Source of the DNA: Escherichia phage vB_EcoM_011D4
Sequence record: MT478991.1
Strand: one strand, 5' to 3'
DNA: 64,000 nucleotides
In this document: piece after piece, positions 62,443 through 64,000 of the stretch
Layout: each line of letters starts with the position of its first letter
How positions within the stretch are numbered: position 1 is the first letter of the stretch
Notes under the pieces: generated by a model
Seen by the model: only the letters and a program-made list of their open reading frames with translations
The model's database searches: none
Told to the model about the DNA's origin: nothing
Made by a program: the position numbers and the translations under genes

Positions 62443-62683
62443 AGTTTACCCACTCAACAAGATCTTTACCTAACTCGAAAGCCCATTCTCGGTCTTGCTT
62501 TACGTTTTGTAGGTATGGGCTTTCCGACACTCGACGAAGTGATCTTGTCGTAACAAGAATGATCCCAGGAATGGTCGGATGTTCTTTTCCATATACAATA
62601 GGACGCGAGTCACTATCAATACCTTGTAAGAAGGTGTATCCTGAATCACTTAGAATCATATACTTTTTCATTTCACACATCAC
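62342..62683 (-). CDS. hypothetical protein (113 aa)
   Basis: ORF track. Confidence 0.45.
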   Translation of the reverse strand: MMCEMKKYMILSDSGYTFLQGIDSDSRPIVYGKEHPTIPGIILVTTRSLRRVSESPYLQNVKQDREWAFELGKDLVEWVNCEDKNQRNHERKIARNVHRKKLDEIKNRILQSM

Positions 62684-62937
62684 AGATTCCTCAACCAGTT
62701 ATTAAAGCGAGCAAACCATGATGCTTTTCGTGCTTCTTTTACTTTATGTGCACGAAAACCACTGAAACACCATTCATAATCATCACCGAAACATGATTCA
62801 ACAGGAACACCCGCATTTCGTAGTTCTCTGGTCTTTATCATGAATCCTTGACATAAGGGTCGACCTTCAACAATGATAGGAAGTTTAACTTTTTCCATGA
62901 AATTATACCCAGCACGGTCAATAATTTCAATCTTCAT
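62680..62937 (-). CDS. hypothetical protein, paralog of 62956..63153
   Basis: MKIEIIDRAGYNFMEKVKLPIIVEGR... versus MKIEIIDDGGFSFMNGVKLPIIVEGR... Confidence 0.5.
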   Translation of the reverse strand: MKIEIIDRAGYNFMEKVKLPIIVEGRPLCQGFMIKTRELRNAGVPVESCFGDDYEWCFSGFRAHKVKEARKASWFARFNNWLRNL

Positions 62938-62955
62938 AATATAATCCTCAATTAG

Positions 62956-63153
62956 TTATACCGCCCAGGCTTCATTTGCACGAAAACACCATTCATACTC
63001 AGGAAAATAACCTTTAATTGGCACGCCAGCTTTTTGTAGTTCCTGCGTTTCTACAAGATAATCAAGCCCATAACGACGACCTTCCACGATGATAGGAAGT
63101 TTAACGCCATTCATGAAAGAAAATCCACCATCATCAATAATTTCAATTTTCAT
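62956..63153 (-). CDS. hypothetical protein, paralog of 62680..62937
   Basis: See paralog. Confidence 0.5.
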   Translation of the reverse strand: MKIEIIDDGGFSFMNGVKLPIIVEGRRYGLDYLVETQELQKAGVPIKGYFPEYEWCFRANEAWAV

Positions 63154-63397
63154 TTACATTGTCTCCATAGATCTTTCCAGCAATATCAATTTCACCAGCG
63201 CGAACATCTAGGATAAGATGCGGTAGGTGTATGCAGTTTTCCCACCCTACGCGCTTCATTTCTTCTACGGTAACGTAAGCCCACCCGTTCGCTGTAATAA
63301 AGTCTACTTCAACCTTGAGAGGAAAGCAAGACTTTTCTATGTCTTCGAATCCGACAATATGTTTTGTTGTTGAATATGGAATATATCCGGTGATCAT
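63143..63397 (-). CDS. hypothetical protein (84 aa)
   Basis: ORF track. Confidence 0.5.
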   Translation of the reverse strand: MITGYIPYSTTKHIVGFEDIEKSCFPLKVEVDFITANGWAYVTVEEMKRVGWENCIHLPHLILDVRAGEIDIAGKIYGDNVNEN

Positions 63398-63828
63398 TTT
63401 GTGATCTCCTTATACTCAACACACCATAAGCGGGTAGCCCATGATAAACGCTCATAACGCTGGCAGAAATCGGACCATAGATATTGTGTACCGTCTTGCA
63501 TAGTTGAAATATGCGTTTTCTCTCCTACTTTCACGAAAGAAGTATTCGATTTTGTGATCTCGACAGGAGTATATCCGAAAGCTGGTTCCAAGTCAACATC
63601 TGAACTAAATGCCAATTTAACAGAATTTGTTTTTCTGACCGCTGTCCGGTTTCCTTCTGGGTATAGCACAGCAGGTTTAGCGCCTAAGCGGATAAACTCA
63701 GTATTTTTAATGAACAGAATATCATGATAACCGTCATATTCCGACACTTCCATAGTAACAGGAAAATCGATATGTGTTAAACCTGGTAGATCTCGCATGT
63801 CATGAAATGTAGCCATCAACTTTTTCAT
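63394..63828 (-). CDS. hypothetical protein (144 aa)
   Basis: ORF track; AGTGAGGAATACAAA ATG leader. Confidence 0.55.
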   Translation of the reverse strand: MKKLMATFHDMRDLPGLTHIDFPVTMEVSEYDGYHDILFIKNTEFIRLGAKPAVLYPEGNRTAVRKTNSVKLAFSSDVDLEPAFGYTPVEITKSNTSFVKVGEKTHISTMQDGTQYLWSDFCQRYERLSWATRLWCVEYKEITK

Positions 63829-63878
63829 TTTGTATTCCTCACTCTTCTGTAATTACTTCATATTCAATTTTCCATACA

Positions 63879-64000
63879 TCAATCGCCCAGCTTAAAAAGC
63901 TCATACGATTTACAGAAAGATGACCAAATATACTGTTTTCCGTGCATCGTTGTTATGTGTGTACGCTCGCCAACCTCAACGAAAGACATATTTGACTTTG
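63879..64000 (-). CDS. hypothetical protein, C-terminal fragment (5' end beyond window), paralog of 63394..63828
   Basis: Open frame to the window edge; ...SFVEVGERTHITTMHGKQYIWSSFCKSYELFKLGD* aligns with SFVKVGEKTHISTMQDGTQYLWSDFCQRYE of the neighbour. Confidence 0.4.
   Translation of the reverse strand, partial: KSNMSFVEVGERTHITTMHGKQYIWSSFCKSYELFKLGD

Noticed and set aside
12520-62705. Plus-strand ORFs overlapping the minus-strand gene block (e.g. 12520..12702, 13423..13689, 14415..14918, 23199..23504, 39300..39671, 46490..47002, 53607..53996, 56390..56953, 61805..62119).
   Set aside because: Antisense to recognised or well-packed minus-strand genes; no promoter or RBS evidence; the whole 11-64 kb block is consistently transcribed on the minus strand.
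1-64000. CRISPR arrays, rRNA and tRNA genes.
   Set aside because: No arrays of regularly spaced direct repeats; the only repeats are promoter/terminator cassettes and gene-junction duplications. No tRNA-like cloverleaf region was recognised by eye in the short intergenic gaps, but this is not a rigorous tRNA scan.

Overview
This window is a 64-kb segment of a T4-like (Tevenvirinae-type) myovirus genome, read directly from the sequence and ORF track with no database search. Plus strand, 0.4-11 kb: the late long-tail-fibre module gp34-gp35-gp36-gp37 followed by holin t, with TATAAATA late promoters and hairpin/T-run terminators. Minus strand, 11-64 kb: one long early/middle block in T4 synteny, transcribed from high to low coordinate: nrdC, endonuclease VII (49), nrdD, nrdG, nrdH, gp55, gp47, gp46, gp45, gp44, gp62, regA, gp43 DNA polymerase, uvsX, gp41, gp61, gp56, dda, dexA, fused topoisomerase gp39, rIIA, rIIB, gp52, then about 14 small early genes converging on t. 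Many ORF-track starts are TTG/GTG N-terminal extensions; I refined starts where an RBS plus ATG and homology support it. Most interesting observations: (1) at least 18 sigma70-type TTGAC(A/G)-16/17-TAnnnT promoters on the minus strand, many carrying a stem-loop and a conserved AGGAGAATCAA or AGGATTATATT leader, resembling the promoter-early-stem-loop (PeSL) cassettes described for RB49-group T4-type phages; (2) a nine-gene paralogous family with a repeated ~80-aa domain in two clusters flanking nrdG/nrdD; (3) a 489-aa P-loop NTPase plus small partner where T4 carries alpha-gt; (4) a secreted DUF1311/LprI-like protein next to the lysis genes; (5) several sub-60-aa genes missed by the track; (6) no hydroxymethylation/glucosylation genes (beta-gt, 42, imm, alpha-gt, denB) or motA/asiA at their T4 positions. 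No rRNA or CRISPR was seen, and no tRNA was recognised by eye.
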